From an uncultured Clostridia bacterium (GTDB taxonomy: Bacteria; Bacillota; Clostridia; TANB77; CAG-508): a DNA stretch of 64,000 nt. The stretch spans positions 47,645-111,644 of the forward strand of contig CALXAB010000001.1 in NCBI GenBank assembly GCA_944386175.1. Reading direction: 5' to 3'. The position numbers were made by a program, and so were the translations under genes. Positions 40,964 to 50,979 of the stretch are shown one piece after another. The notes under the pieces were generated by a model. It had not been told where the DNA came from, did no database searches, and worked only from the letters and a program-made list of their open reading frames with translations. The first letter of the stretch is position 1. The number at the start of each line of letters is the position of its first letter.

Positions 40964-42679
40964 TTAGTTGTAGCACTGCCACACATTCCACATGTGTTGG
41001 TCATCTCTGGTTGCAGTAAGTTTTAAATGTTGTTTATCTCCTGTTGCAGTAAAATTGTCTTTACAATTTATTTCTGTTCCGTTTTTACAAATAAACCTTA
41101 TTGTATATGGATTTATTGTACCATTTTCTAATGTTTCCCCAATTATTACTTTCTCTATTATACATTCAAAAATATCTTTATCAAAATTTTTCATTATTTC
41201 CATATCTTTAAATAAACCTTTAAACTTGTTTAATCTATGTTTAATACTTTCATTTCTGTTTGTGTCTTTTAGTAGGTTTTGTATTTTCTGTTCTACTTTT
41301 AATAGTTCTATGTTTAGCTCATCATATTTTAAAGTATATTGTTCTTTATTTATTCTGCCTTCTAAGTTTAGTTCTAATAGATTATTAAGTTTCTTGTTTA
41401 TTTTCTCTTTGTCTTTTTCTAGCTTATTTACTACTGTTTCTGTAGTATTTTCTTTTAAGACATTTTCTATTTTTTCTAAAAAATCTTCTACTACTTTTTT
41501 ATTGTTGTTACAGAGTATTCTATATCCTTGTACAAAACAATCTTCTAGTATTTCTTCTGGTATTGCTTTACAGTATGGGCATTCTTCTTTTCCATGTTTT
41601 GCTCTTTTGATACATTGCCATACTGCTTTTTCATATTTTCTTTTTGAGTTCCAGTTTCTTCTTGTAAGTAAGCTACCACAAAATCCACAATATAATTTAC
41701 TACTAAAAGCATATTTCTTACTATAGTTATTATTTCTTCTTCCTGTTTCTCTTGTTCCTACTCGTTTTATTCTTATTTCTTGTACTCTATCAAATAACTC
41801 TTTACTAATAATTGGCTCATGATGTTCTTTTATATAATGCTTTTCTGCTTCTCCTAAATTGCTTAATCTTTTATGTGATATTGGATCTATTGTAAATGTT
41901 TTTCCCATTAGCACATCTCCAATATATTTTTCATTTTTTAGTATTCCTCTTATTGTTGATTCGTTCCAATTATCATTACCTTTTGGGGATTTAATGCCTT
42001 TTGCTTTTAGTTCTTTTGCTATTGTACTTGAACCTATTCCGTCTACATATCTTTCAAATATATATTTTATAACTTCTGCTTGTTCCTCATTTATAGTTAT
42101 CTGTTTTGTTATTAAATCATAGTTATAACCGTAACAACCATTATAGCCAATTAACTCTCCCCTGTCTTTCTTCATTTTTAGTCCAAGCAATACATGTGAA
42201 GATATGTTCTCACTTTCTTGTTGTGCCATAGCACTTAATACTGTTAGTAGCATTTCTCCTGTTCCTGATAGAGTATTTAGATTTTCTTCTTCAAATAAAA
42301 CTGCAATGTTCTTTTCTTTTAGCATTCTTACATATTTTAAAGTATCTAATGTGTTTCTAGCAAATCTTGATATGGATTTTGTTAAAATCATATCAAATTT
42401 TCCAGACATTCCATCTGTTATCATTTTCATAAAGTCTGTTCTTTTAAAATCTAATGTGCCACTTATAGATTCATCTGCATATATTCCTGCAAATTGCCAT
42501 TCAGATTTGCTATTGATTTTTTCATCATAATACTTTAATTGTGATTGGTAACTATTTAATTGTTCTTTATTTCCTGTACTAACTCTACAATATGCACATA
42601 CTCTTAATCTTTCTTTGATTGTTGTACCTGTTACTCTGTTAATTCTTCCGTTTGTTTTCTCTATGACTTGAATTTCCAT
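40964..42679 (-). CDS. Large serine recombinase (resolvase/invertase-type catalytic domain plus recombinase and zinc-ribbon domains); C-terminus frameshifted
   Basis: RVCAYCRVSTGNKEQ is the catalytic Ser region. 571 aa. The last about 58 residues are encoded in another frame (ORF 40822-41004, similar to the C-terminus of the recombinase at 48681-50573). The shift is near 41018-41029. Confidence 0.8.
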   Translation of the reverse strand: MEIQVIEKTNGRINRVTGTTIKERLRVCAYCRVSTGNKEQLNSYQSQLKYYDEKINSKSEWQFAGIYADESISGTLDFKRTDFMKMITDGMSGKFDMILTKSISRFARNTLDTLKYVRMLKEKNIAVLFEEENLNTLSGTGEMLLTVLSAMAQQESENISSHVLLGLKMKKDRGELIGYNGCYGYNYDLITKQITINEEQAEVIKYIFERYVDGIGSSTIAKELKAKGIKSPKGNDNWNESTIRGILKNEKYIGDVLMGKTFTIDPISHKRLSNLGEAEKHYIKEHHEPIISKELFDRVQEIRIKRVGTRETGRRNNNYSKKYAFSSKLYCGFCGSLLTRRNWNSKRKYEKAVWQCIKRAKHGKEECPYCKAIPEEILEDCFVQGYRILCNNNKKVVEDFLEKIENVLKENTTETVVNKLEKDKEKINKKLNNLLELNLEGRINKEQYTLKYDELNIELLKVEQKIQNLLKDTNRNESIKHRLNKFKGLFKDMEIMKNFDKDIFECIIEKVIIGETLENGTINPYTIRFICKNGTEINCKDNFTATGDKQHLKLTATRDDQHMWNVWQCYN

Positions 42680-42881
42680 CTTTCCTCCGTTCCGCCTAGA
42701 GATAAAACTTAATAATTTTATTTTATAGAAAAGTGCATTTTAATGCATCTTTTCTATAAAACAAGGTTAATTTACCTATATTTGCCCGAGCTTTAGCTCG
42801 TGGCATTTGAGCCTAGAAATCTTTGATTTCGTTAAGGCTCAATTATCTTATATCATTTTTTAGATAAAAAGTAAATTGTTC

Positions 42882-43100
42882 TTACAAAAGTTTATAATCT
42901 TTTAAGATTTTTCTTTTTATTTCAATATATTCTGAATCTAGTATTAAGTTTTCTCTAAACAAATTATTTAAAAACAATAATTCCATGCTACAGTCTAGCA
43001 TATTATTATCTTTTAGTTGTTTAGAGTTATCTACTTCTATTTTATAATTATGTAGCATGAAATTGCTCCTTTTCTTTAAATTTGAAAAGAAAAAGAACAA
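42882..43100 (-). CDS. SHOCT-like small protein (divergent paralog)
   Basis: ENLILDSEYIEIKRKILKDY motif. Same position relative to the recombinase as 36169-36354. The start is possibly the internal Met (MLHNYK, about 43058). Confidence 0.45.
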   Translation of the reverse strand: MFFFFSNLKKRSNFMLHNYKIEVDNSKQLKDNNMLDCSMELLFLNNLFRENLILDSEYIEIKRKILKDYKLL

Positions 43101-43229
43101 AGAAACTAGAATCTTTCTAATCCCTTTGCTCTTTCTCTTTCATACTACCATTATATTATCGTGTTTTTATATAGTCAATTCCATTTTTATTCCCTCTTTT
43201 CTATTTTTGATATAATTCTAGTATCTAAT

Positions 43230-43620
43230 TTTATAAGTACACTAAGTAAACTAAAAATTGTATAATTTTAAATTGCAGTTCACTTGGTGTACTAGAAAAA
43301 TATAACAAAAGTTCACTAAGTGTATTTGTAAATTTTGTTTTATTTTCACATTCACTTAGTGAACTAAATTCAAAAATATTATTCAATATCAAGTACACTT
43401 GGTGAACTTTTTCCCAAAATAAGTGAATTTTTTTAATTTTTTAATTCACCATTTTTAATTTTGAACGAAGAATAGCGGGTTTGAGCCAGTTCACCGAGTG
43501 AATTTTTACATCATATTTGCATAAAATTTTTGTTTTTTTATTAACTCTTGAAGGCTTGTCCTTCAATATGTATAGGCATTTTGTTAAGAATGCTATCCTG
43601 CCCTCATTTTCAATGAGGTA
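43230..43620. repeat. Repeat locus C: seven palindromes (one widely spaced) plus a T element with a variant second hairpin
   Basis: Palindromes at 43237-51, 43278-92, 43311-25, 43350-64, 43393-407 and 43489-503, plus GTGAAT-N14-ATTCAC at 43424-49. T element at about 43519-43600. Confidence 0.85.
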
Positions 43621-43788
43621 TTTTGCTCTTAAAATGTACTTATTCTACTTAATTAAATATACTTATCCTTAAATCCTCTTAATCGAAAAACAATGTGCTT
43701 TTAAAAATAAGTCAAGGTTGTGCGATAGCACATTTATTTAAACCTTGACTTGTTTTTATAAAGCACATTATACTTTTCTAAAAGGATT

Positions 43789-45240
43789 TTAACTATTTAT
43801 AAAAAATTGAATTATTGCAAATATTCCCATATCTGAAATTGTTTTTATTGCATCTACATTAGCAATAACTTTATAAGGGTGATGAATTACTAAATCTAAA
43901 TAGTTTTTCATTCCTTCATTATTAAAACATGTCTCCCATGCTCTTGAAATAGTATCGTCATCAATAAGATTTTGTTTATCTATTGATATTTTATTTATAA
44001 TCTTCTCTAATCTCAAGTCCAAATTATTATTTGCAGATTTCCATTTTTCCCATTTTCCTTTGTTTATTAAAAAATAGATGCTTGATTGTTCTAATAATGA
44101 GCGGATTAAAAAGCAATATGATATTGGGTAATTTTTATATAAATTTCCAAATGATAAATGCTGAATTTCATAGCATAGATTTTTAATCCCTTTAGCTCTA
44201 TCATTACTATATTTTAGTTTGCTACAATTAATATTTTTAAATAAAATACTATTGTCTTTTCTTGTTAATCTGATTTTATTAAATGCTATACTTTCATTTA
44301 TTTTATTTTTTACTATTTCACTTTCATTGGCATTATTATGTTTTTCTTCTCTACCATTAGAAAATATCTTCATTTGTTCATTTTTATTTTCTAAATTTTC
44401 ATTTATTTTATCTTTGCTGTCAAACCTTTCACTAACATTATTTTCTATATTGCCATACAAATATTTTTCTATATTAGCATTATTTTTTATTGTGTTACTT
44501 GTAATCCTACCACTTACAATATCTTGAACAATTCGTAATACTTTCTTGTCTAATTCATTTATTGAAGACAATGGCATTAAAACATTGTTATTAAAAGAAA
44601 TATTCAGATATTCTTTACCAACTTTTGAAGAAACAATCTTTTCAAACTTATTTACTGAAAAATTATTGTCAACTCCATCAAATGCTTTTTTACAAAATCC
44701 TTGTAATTGTGAAAATATATTTTTTACTCCCATTTTATCTTCAAATCTTTTTATTGAAGCTGTATCCCATTTTAAAGCTCCTGTATCAGTTGTATGTACA
44801 TTTCTTATATATCCAGCACAATCTTCAAATGAAGTGGCCACATAACAAGGAATTTGAAAATATTCTTCTCCTTGAATTCCTGCACTCATTGCATATATGC
44901 TTCTTATTTGTGTATATGAAAAGTATTTAAAAGATTCTACCAATTTAGGATTTTTTAAGATTTTCATTGCTGTTAATCTTCTATTACCATCCCATGCCAC
45001 AAATTTTTCTTTTTTCTCATCATAAGTGACTGTAACTATTGATTGTGGATACCAACCATTTGTGTAAATATCACTAATTAACTTATGCATTGCCTTCGCT
45101 TCTTTAGAATTTCTCACCAATTGTTGCATTATAAAAAGTTCATCCGCTATCATAATTTGTGTATGTCTTGGATTCTCTGGATTTACTAATATTTTTTCTA
45201 TGTCTATTAGTTGATGTTCTCTCATATATAATTCCCCCAT
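43789..45240 (-). CDS. ParB/sulfiredoxin-fold (ParB N-terminal domain) protein with a long uncharacterised C-terminal region
   Basis: VNPENPRH and VAWDGNRRLTAMK resemble ParB boxes I and II (GxxRxxA). The likely start is the ATG at 45225, preceded by TGGGGGAAT. Confidence 0.6.
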   Translation of the reverse strand: MGELYMREHQLIDIEKILVNPENPRHTQIMIADELFIMQQLVRNSKEAKAMHKLISDIYTNGWYPQSIVTVTYDEKKEKFVAWDGNRRLTAMKILKNPKLVESFKYFSYTQIRSIYAMSAGIQGEEYFQIPCYVATSFEDCAGYIRNVHTTDTGALKWDTASIKRFEDKMGVKNIFSQLQGFCKKAFDGVDNNFSVNKFEKIVSSKVGKEYLNISFNNNVLMPLSSINELDKKVLRIVQDIVSGRITSNTIKNNANIEKYLYGNIENNVSERFDSKDKINENLENKNEQMKIFSNGREEKHNNANESEIVKNKINESIAFNKIRLTRKDNSILFKNINCSKLKYSNDRAKGIKNLCYEIQHLSFGNLYKNYPISYCFLIRSLLEQSSIYFLINKGKWEKWKSANNNLDLRLEKIINKISIDKQNLIDDDTISRAWETCFNNEGMKNYLDLVIHHPYKVIANVDAIKTISDMGIFAIIQFFINS

Positions 45241-45294
45241 TTTTTACCTTATAAAGTCTTTCGTAAATCCCTCATCATTCTTAAGTATATTATT

Positions 45295-46812
45295 CTATTT
45301 TTTTGCAATATATTTTTGATTTTTAGTATTTGGTTTATCTGGTATAGTCATTTGCAATTTTCCACTATCTAATAATGGTCTCATGTATTTTAAATAGAAA
45401 TTTCTTCTGTCTTTTAATCCTAAATATGCCATTATTTCTTTTGTTGTTTTTGGTTCTCTACAAAATTCTAATATTTTATCTTGATGGGTATCTTGGTGGA
45501 TATCTTGGTGGGTTGTTGGTCGGTCTTTTATCTCATTTTCAAATCTATCATGTATAAATATTGTTGTAATAAAATAATCTCTTGTTTCATTTGTTTCAAA
45601 CTCTGGTTCTTTTGAGCCATTATTTTTCAATGCTCTTTTTATTTTTGGAATACCTGTATTTCTACCTTCTGTTAATTTTAATTCTTTTAAAAACTCTCCA
45701 ATTCTACGATTTCTATATTTTCTTGCTATCATATTTTTATCTTCAATTGATTTTTCGCTTATTGAACGGTCTGGTCCTGGATAACTTACAATATGAATTC
45801 TATCTTCCATTATTCTTACTTCTACTGGTTCCCTTACATCATATCCTCTATGATAAACTGCATTTACTAATGCTTCTTCTATTGCTTGATATGGATAATT
45901 AAAAAATCTTACAGCCTCCGCTTGTCCATCTATCTTTAAAATTTTTTCCATAATAACAGTATTTTTAATATATGTTAAAGCACTTTTTATCATAGTATCA
46001 ATAGGTCCTTTAAATATTTGCTCTGTCATATCATCACCTTCTGGACCGTTTCTTAAATCTACTACTTCTATTTGTGAATATGGAAAGAATTTTTGTGGCT
46101 CATCATTAAAAAACATTAACCCTACATTTAAAGGTTTCATATATTCTGGTGTTCCATCTACTATTCTCATACTTTTACATAAATCTATAAAACTCATTGT
46201 TTCGGATTCTTTTAATAGTTCACTCTTTATCTCATATAAGTAATTTTGAATTAGTGGTAGTTTTAAATCTTGAATTTGTGCCTCATGATTCATTCTATCA
46301 TCGAATGGTATTACTCTTGCCATATCATATAATTCTTTTTGCTCTACTTCTGTAGCTTTTACTGTACTGGACATTTTTCTAATATAATATGAATATCCTT
46401 TTGAAAAATCTTTATCTAGTGTTGTTGGACATTTGTATGGTCTATTCTGACCACCAAAACACCATACTACTAGTATATTTTTACCTTTATATTGAGCAAC
46501 ATCTACAATTGGTGTATAGGCTGGCTGTATCATTTTACATTTTGTTAGCAATTCTTTTTGAATTTTATCTATTTCAGATAATTGTAGCCCTTCAAAATCT
46601 TTCTTAGGTCTACCATTTGCTTCTTCAACACCTATTAAAATATATCCTCCACCCCAGTTATCTATATCATTTGCAAAAGCACAAATTGTATGTAATATTG
46701 GTTCTGGATTCCAGTTTCTCTTTAATTCTAATCTTGCATTTTCTACAATGTTTTCATTTAGTATATTTTCTATACTTGTAGGTAATCTCATCTTCTCACC
46801 TTTCTTTTTCAA
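45295..46812 (-). CDS. Schlafen/AlbA_2-domain protein with HATPase_c_4-like and C-terminal winged-helix regions (often annotated as 'RecG-like putative ATP-dependent DNA helicase / transcriptional regulator')
   Basis: The N-terminus NARLELKRNWNPEPILHTICAFANDIDNWGGGYILIGVEE is typical of the AlbA_2/divergent AAA-4 domain. ALVNAVYHRGYDV lies in the middle. The likely start is at 46791, preceded by AAAGGTGAG. Confidence 0.6.
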   Translation of the reverse strand: MKKKGEKMRLPTSIENILNENIVENARLELKRNWNPEPILHTICAFANDIDNWGGGYILIGVEEANGRPKKDFEGLQLSEIDKIQKELLTKCKMIQPAYTPIVDVAQYKGKNILVVWCFGGQNRPYKCPTTLDKDFSKGYSYYIRKMSSTVKATEVEQKELYDMARVIPFDDRMNHEAQIQDLKLPLIQNYLYEIKSELLKESETMSFIDLCKSMRIVDGTPEYMKPLNVGLMFFNDEPQKFFPYSQIEVVDLRNGPEGDDMTEQIFKGPIDTMIKSALTYIKNTVIMEKILKIDGQAEAVRFFNYPYQAIEEALVNAVYHRGYDVREPVEVRIMEDRIHIVSYPGPDRSISEKSIEDKNMIARKYRNRRIGEFLKELKLTEGRNTGIPKIKRALKNNGSKEPEFETNETRDYFITTIFIHDRFENEIKDRPTTHQDIHQDTHQDKILEFCREPKTTKEIMAYLGLKDRRNFYLKYMRPLLDSGKLQMTIPDKPNTKNQKYIAKK

Positions 46813-46842
46813 ATGTCCGTTTTTTCGGACTTATAAAATTTT

Positions 46843-47259
46843 TTATTTCATATAATCTCTAATTTTAAATAATAACTCATCATCTAATATCTCTGTTGAG
46901 GCAAAATTATTTAAAGTATTATTATCTTCCCAATCTATATCAAATAAATTTATCACTTTATCATATCTTGGGAAAGCATGATAATGAACAAATGGATCAT
47001 GCATCATCATAATCATATAATTAAACTTTATTGCTCCAAACCTGTCTCTACATAGTTCTTCATACCATTTTATTACTTTTGGAAATTCAGCACCTTCATC
47101 TTGTAACATTCCACTTACATTTTGTGTTTCTCTTTTCAATAAAATAACTACATCTCCTAATGTTGTTTGTTTTTGCCTAACACAAACAATCCAATACTTA
47201 AACTCTTTAATACAAAGTTCCTCTGGTCTAAATTTTTTCATAAATTCTAAATTGTCCAT
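46843..47259 (-). CDS. Hypothetical protein, possibly HIT-like
   Basis: The FVHYHAF motif gives only a weak resemblance to a HIT histidine triad. Confidence 0.3.
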   Translation of the reverse strand: MDNLEFMKKFRPEELCIKEFKYWIVCVRQKQTTLGDVVILLKRETQNVSGMLQDEGAEFPKVIKWYEELCRDRFGAIKFNYMIMMMHDPFVHYHAFPRYDKVINLFDIDWEDNNTLNNFASTEILDDELLFKIRDYMK

Positions 47260-47282
47260 TGATAAGACCTCCTCTTACATTT

Positions 47283-47922
47283 TTATTTTTTAAACATATC
47301 ATTTAAATTATGTGATATTAATTTTAAATTATCTATATTTTCCCCTTCAATAACATAAGGCGTACAATGTTGTATTTGCAATTCAAATACTCTTTCTCTT
47401 GGTTCAATCTTAAACATATTTAAAAATAAGCACCTTATTGCATGATAATGTGAGAATATTCCTATTGTTATATCATCATTAAAATCTAACGAATCAAGAA
47501 ATCTTTTACATCTTATACTAACATCAGTATAGTTTTCTCCTTTTGGTGCTTTTTGTACGAAATCTGTTCTAAATTTATTAAATTTTTCATCTGTAATATA
47601 TTCATTATATTCATTAGAAGCTAATAAATCCTTCTTTTCCTTCAAATATTCCTAAACATCTTTCTCTTAAATCTTTACTTAAATTTAGTTCATATCCTGG
47701 TTTAGCTAATTTTGCTGTTTGTATTGCTCTCATTAAATCTGAAGAATAAACTTTTTTAATACTTTTAATAATATCATTTTTTGCTAAAATACTTGCTTGA
47801 TTCTTTCCTTATTCTGTTAAACTCGTCAATTCATTATCTAAAGTTCCTGTGTATAAAGCTGTTCCTTCATCATTTATCACGTTTGCCATTGTTTGTCCAT
47901 GTCTAATTATAACTATTCTCAT
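47283..47922 (-). pseudogene. Histidine phosphatase (phosphoglycerate-mutase-like) family gene, frameshifted
   Basis: Translation from the ATG at 47920-22 gives MRIVIIRHGQTMANV... (RHG catalytic motif) and stops after 36 codons. The remainder is in another frame (ORF 47283-47645). The start overlaps the HD gene's stop (TAATG). Confidence 0.55.
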
Positions 47923-48506
47923 TAATTGTTACCTTCCTTTTTATTCTTTATTGTTTCAATATATTCTTTAACATATGCGTTCATATCTCTATCAAATAGT
48001 TCTTTTGAATATTCTAATCTTAATAGTTCTTCTCTTAAGATTGGCAAATATACTTCTATAATTTCATCTAACGCCTCTGGTTCTTCTTCAATACATCTTT
48101 TCCATCTATTTTTTCCGATATAAGCAATTTTGTCTGCATCTCTTACAATTTTTCCTTCAACTGTTGGAGGAATACATTTTCTCTTATGATTTACTACTGC
48201 TGAATAACATTGTTCTATTATTTCATTACTATAACTTAACTTTTCCATTTCTTCTTTTAGAATTCTTCCGCTTTCTTCTTCATGTCCTTTATCTGTAACA
48301 GACCTTCCAACATCATGCCAATATGCAGCTATAATACATATTTCTTTATTAGCTGGTATCTCTTCTAATAATTCTTTTACATAGTTTACGACATCAATAG
48401 TATGACCTATAAAATGTAGAGGATCATTTTCACATACTTTCATTTTTTCTATAGCTATATCAATTAATTTTTTATTTTTATTATATATTTCTTCGTAAAT
48501 ATCCAT
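47922..48506 (-). CDS. HD-domain phosphohydrolase
   Basis: IAAYWHDVGR...DADKIAYIG carries an HD motif. Confidence 0.7.
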   Translation of the reverse strand: MDIYEEIYNKNKKLIDIAIEKMKVCENDPLHFIGHTIDVVNYVKELLEEIPANKEICIIAAYWHDVGRSVTDKGHEEESGRILKEEMEKLSYSNEIIEQCYSAVVNHKRKCIPPTVEGKIVRDADKIAYIGKNRWKRCIEEEPEALDEIIEVYLPILREELLRLEYSKELFDRDMNAYVKEYIETIKNKKEGNN

Positions 48507-48680
48507 TCTATCTAAATTCTCCCTATCTCTATTCTTTTATATTTTGACCATATTTTACCATAAAACAATAAAAAAATAAAGCATATAACAAATTAAATTA
48601 TTACATACTTTACCTTTCAAGTTTTATCTCCAAACATTTTTATTTTTCGTTGACAAATCGTTGACATTATCAACAAGAAA

Positions 48681-50573
48681 TTATACTACTCCGCACACCA
48701 TGTCAACTTCTATCGTTACTTTAATTTTATGATTTTCTGTTCTTTTAACCTTATTTTTGCCTTTTCTATCAAAACTAATAAAATCTTCAAAAGCAGTAAA
48801 TTGGGCTATTGTATCGAATCTTTCAGACATAGCACCGAGCAACACTCCACATGGCTCACACCCAGTCTGTAGATAGTTTTGGCTTACCTCGTATGATGAC
48901 TGTTGCAAACTACCTTGATTTTTATCTTTTTGACATTTGATTTCGTTTCCAGATTTTAGGATAAATGTTATTACTCTTGGATTTACATCTCCATTTTGTT
49001 CTTTTTCTCCTATTATAACTTTTTCTATCATTAATTCAAAAACATCTTTATCAAATGTTGGCATTATTTCATCATCTTTAAATAGACTTTTAAACTTGTT
49101 TAATCCTTGATTTAAACTAATTGAATCTTCTAACTCTAGTTGTAAATGTTCTTGCTCTTTTTCTATTTTGTTTATCTTGTTTTGTAATTTTGCCTTTTTA
49201 TCTTTTAATGTTTCAAGTGTTATTGTTCCATTCAAGTTTAAATCAATTAACTTGTCTATCTTTTCTTTTAAAGTTTGTTTTTCTTCTTCTAATTTTTTAA
49301 TAGAACTTTCATTACTTTCTTCTTGTATGATTTCTTCCATTTGTTTTAAGAATGTTTTGATTAGTTTTTTGTTATTATTACATAAAAGTTTATAACTTTC
49401 TGTAAATGCTTCTTCTATAATGTTTTCTTTCATTGCTTTACAATATGGGCAATTTTCTTTTCCATGTTTTACAAATTCCATACAATGCCATACCGTAATA
49501 CTATTTTTTGTTCCAGAGTGCCAGTTTCTTCTTGTTAATAAACTTCCACAAAAACCACAATATATTCTACTACTAAAAGGATATTTTCTGCTAAAGTTTC
49601 CTTTTCTTCTTCCAGAGCCTCGTACTCCTCCTCGCTTTTGTAATATTTCTTGTGCTTGATTAAACATTCTTTCTGAAATAATTGGTTCATGATGTTCTTG
49701 TATGTAATACTGATTTTCTTCTCCCATATTGACTACTCTTCTATGTGAGATTGGATCTGTTGTATATGTTTTTCCTTGTAAGACATCTCCTTTGTATTTT
49801 TCGTTTTTCAAAATACCTCTTATAGTTGAGTCATGCCATTGTTTCTTTCCTGTTGGTGTTTTATATTTCATAGCAGTTAGTTCTTTTGCAATTGTTGTGC
49901 AACCTACTCCTTGACAGTATCTTTCAAAGATATATCTTACTATTTCTGCTTCTTGATAATTTACTGATATTTTCTTTGTTTCTTTATCATATACATATCC
50001 TAAACATCCATTATATCCAATTAATTCTCCTCTTTTTTGTTTCATCTGTAATCCTAGTTTTACATGAGAAGATATATTTTCGCTCTCCTGCTGTGCCATT
50101 GCACTCATTACTGTTAGCATTACTTCGCCAGATAATTCTAAAGTATTGATGTTTTCTTCTTCAAAATAAATAGTGATTCCTTTTTCCTTTAATAATCTTA
50201 CATACTTTAAAGTATCTACTGTATTTCTTCCAAATCTTGATATTGATTTTGTAATTATCATGTCAAATTTGTTTTCTGTTGCATCTTGCATCATTCTCAT
50301 AAAGTTATCTCTTTTATAGTCAAGTGTTCCTGTTATCCCTTCATCTGCATAAATCCCTACATAAGTCCAATCACTTCTTGATTTTATTTTTTCTTCATAA
50401 TATTTTAGCTGAGAATTATAACTATTTATTTGTTCTTCTTTTTCTGTACTAACTCTTGCATAGGCACATACTCTTAAATTGCCTTTTATAACTTCTCCTG
50501 TTGTTCTATTAATTCTTCCTTTTTTCTTCTCTATTACTTGTACTTTCAAAATTAACCTCTCTTTCTCAAGCAT
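48681..50573 (-). CDS. Large serine recombinase (full length, 630 aa by the ORF track; a TTG start at 50549 gives 622 aa)
   Basis: LRVCAYARVSTEKEEQ is the catalytic Ser region. Large recombinase domain with a Cys-rich region. About 70% identical to the recombinase at 40964-42679 and identical to the chimeric ORF at 35451-36125 over the first 46 codons. Confidence 0.85.
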   Translation of the reverse strand: MLEKERLILKVQVIEKKKGRINRTTGEVIKGNLRVCAYARVSTEKEEQINSYNSQLKYYEEKIKSRSDWTYVGIYADEGITGTLDYKRDNFMRMMQDATENKFDMIITKSISRFGRNTVDTLKYVRLLKEKGITIYFEEENINTLELSGEVMLTVMSAMAQQESENISSHVKLGLQMKQKRGELIGYNGCLGYVYDKETKKISVNYQEAEIVRYIFERYCQGVGCTTIAKELTAMKYKTPTGKKQWHDSTIRGILKNEKYKGDVLQGKTYTTDPISHRRVVNMGEENQYYIQEHHEPIISERMFNQAQEILQKRGGVRGSGRRKGNFSRKYPFSSRIYCGFCGSLLTRRNWHSGTKNSITVWHCMEFVKHGKENCPYCKAMKENIIEEAFTESYKLLCNNNKKLIKTFLKQMEEIIQEESNESSIKKLEEEKQTLKEKIDKLIDLNLNGTITLETLKDKKAKLQNKINKIEKEQEHLQLELEDSISLNQGLNKFKSLFKDDEIMPTFDKDVFELMIEKVIIGEKEQNGDVNPRVITFILKSGNEIKCQKDKNQGSLQQSSYEVSQNYLQTGCEPCGVLLGAMSERFDTIAQFTAFEDFISFDRKGKNKVKRTENHKIKVTIEVDMVCGVV

Positions 50574-50616
50574 AGAGAATCTTTATGTTTGTATTATATA
50601 TTAAAATCTTATATTT

Positions 50617-50802
50617 TTAAATACCTATATGAGTTAAATCATATTCTTTTAAAATATTTTGTTTTAGTTCTAAATATCTTTCCTCTTTAATTAGTCCTGC
50701 ATTATATGTTTTATTTAGAATTGCTATTTTAATGCTACAATTAAAAATATTTTCATTTAGTTTTACATTTTTCGTATTATCAAATTTTACTTCGTACAAC
50801 AT
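50617..50802 (-). CDS. SHOCT-like small protein (61 aa)
   Basis: Near-identical to 36169-36354. The 105-aa ORF-track model (to 50934) runs through a terminator hairpin and is probably over-extended. Confidence 0.5.
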   Translation of the reverse strand: MLYEVKFDNTKNVKLNENIFNCSIKIAILNKTYNAGLIKEERYLELKQNILKEYDLTHIGI

Positions 50803-50832
50803 AAAAATTCTCCCTTGCTTAAATAAAATTTC

Positions 50833-50880
50833 AAAAAAGAGCAATAGAAAAAGCCAGTCGGCTAGCTTCGACTGACTTCT
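50833..50880 (-). terminator. Putative rho-independent terminator (stem CAGTCG/CGACTG with a GCTAGCTT loop, then a U-rich tract on the minus strand)
   Basis: Read directly at 50855-50874. The homologous position at 36.39-36.43 kb is degenerate. Confidence 0.35.
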
Positions 50881-50979
50881 TTGTCTGACATTTTTTGATA
50901 ATACGATTATATTATGATGTTCTATAAAGTTCAATTCCCGTTTTTTTCCCTTTTTTCTATTTTAATTGATAAAGTGTTG

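Noticed and set aside
40822-41004. 60-aa CxxC ORF treated as an independent small gene
   Set aside because: It is the out-of-frame continuation of the recombinase C-terminus (homologous to the last about 58 aa of the 630-aa recombinase). The second copy lacks a start codon and carries many non-synonymous changes.
50803-50934. N-terminal 44-codon extension of the SHOCT ORF (105-aa model)
   Set aside because: The extension runs through a terminator-like hairpin and is absent from the otherwise identical copy at 36169-36354. The start at MLYEVKF (50802) is preferred.
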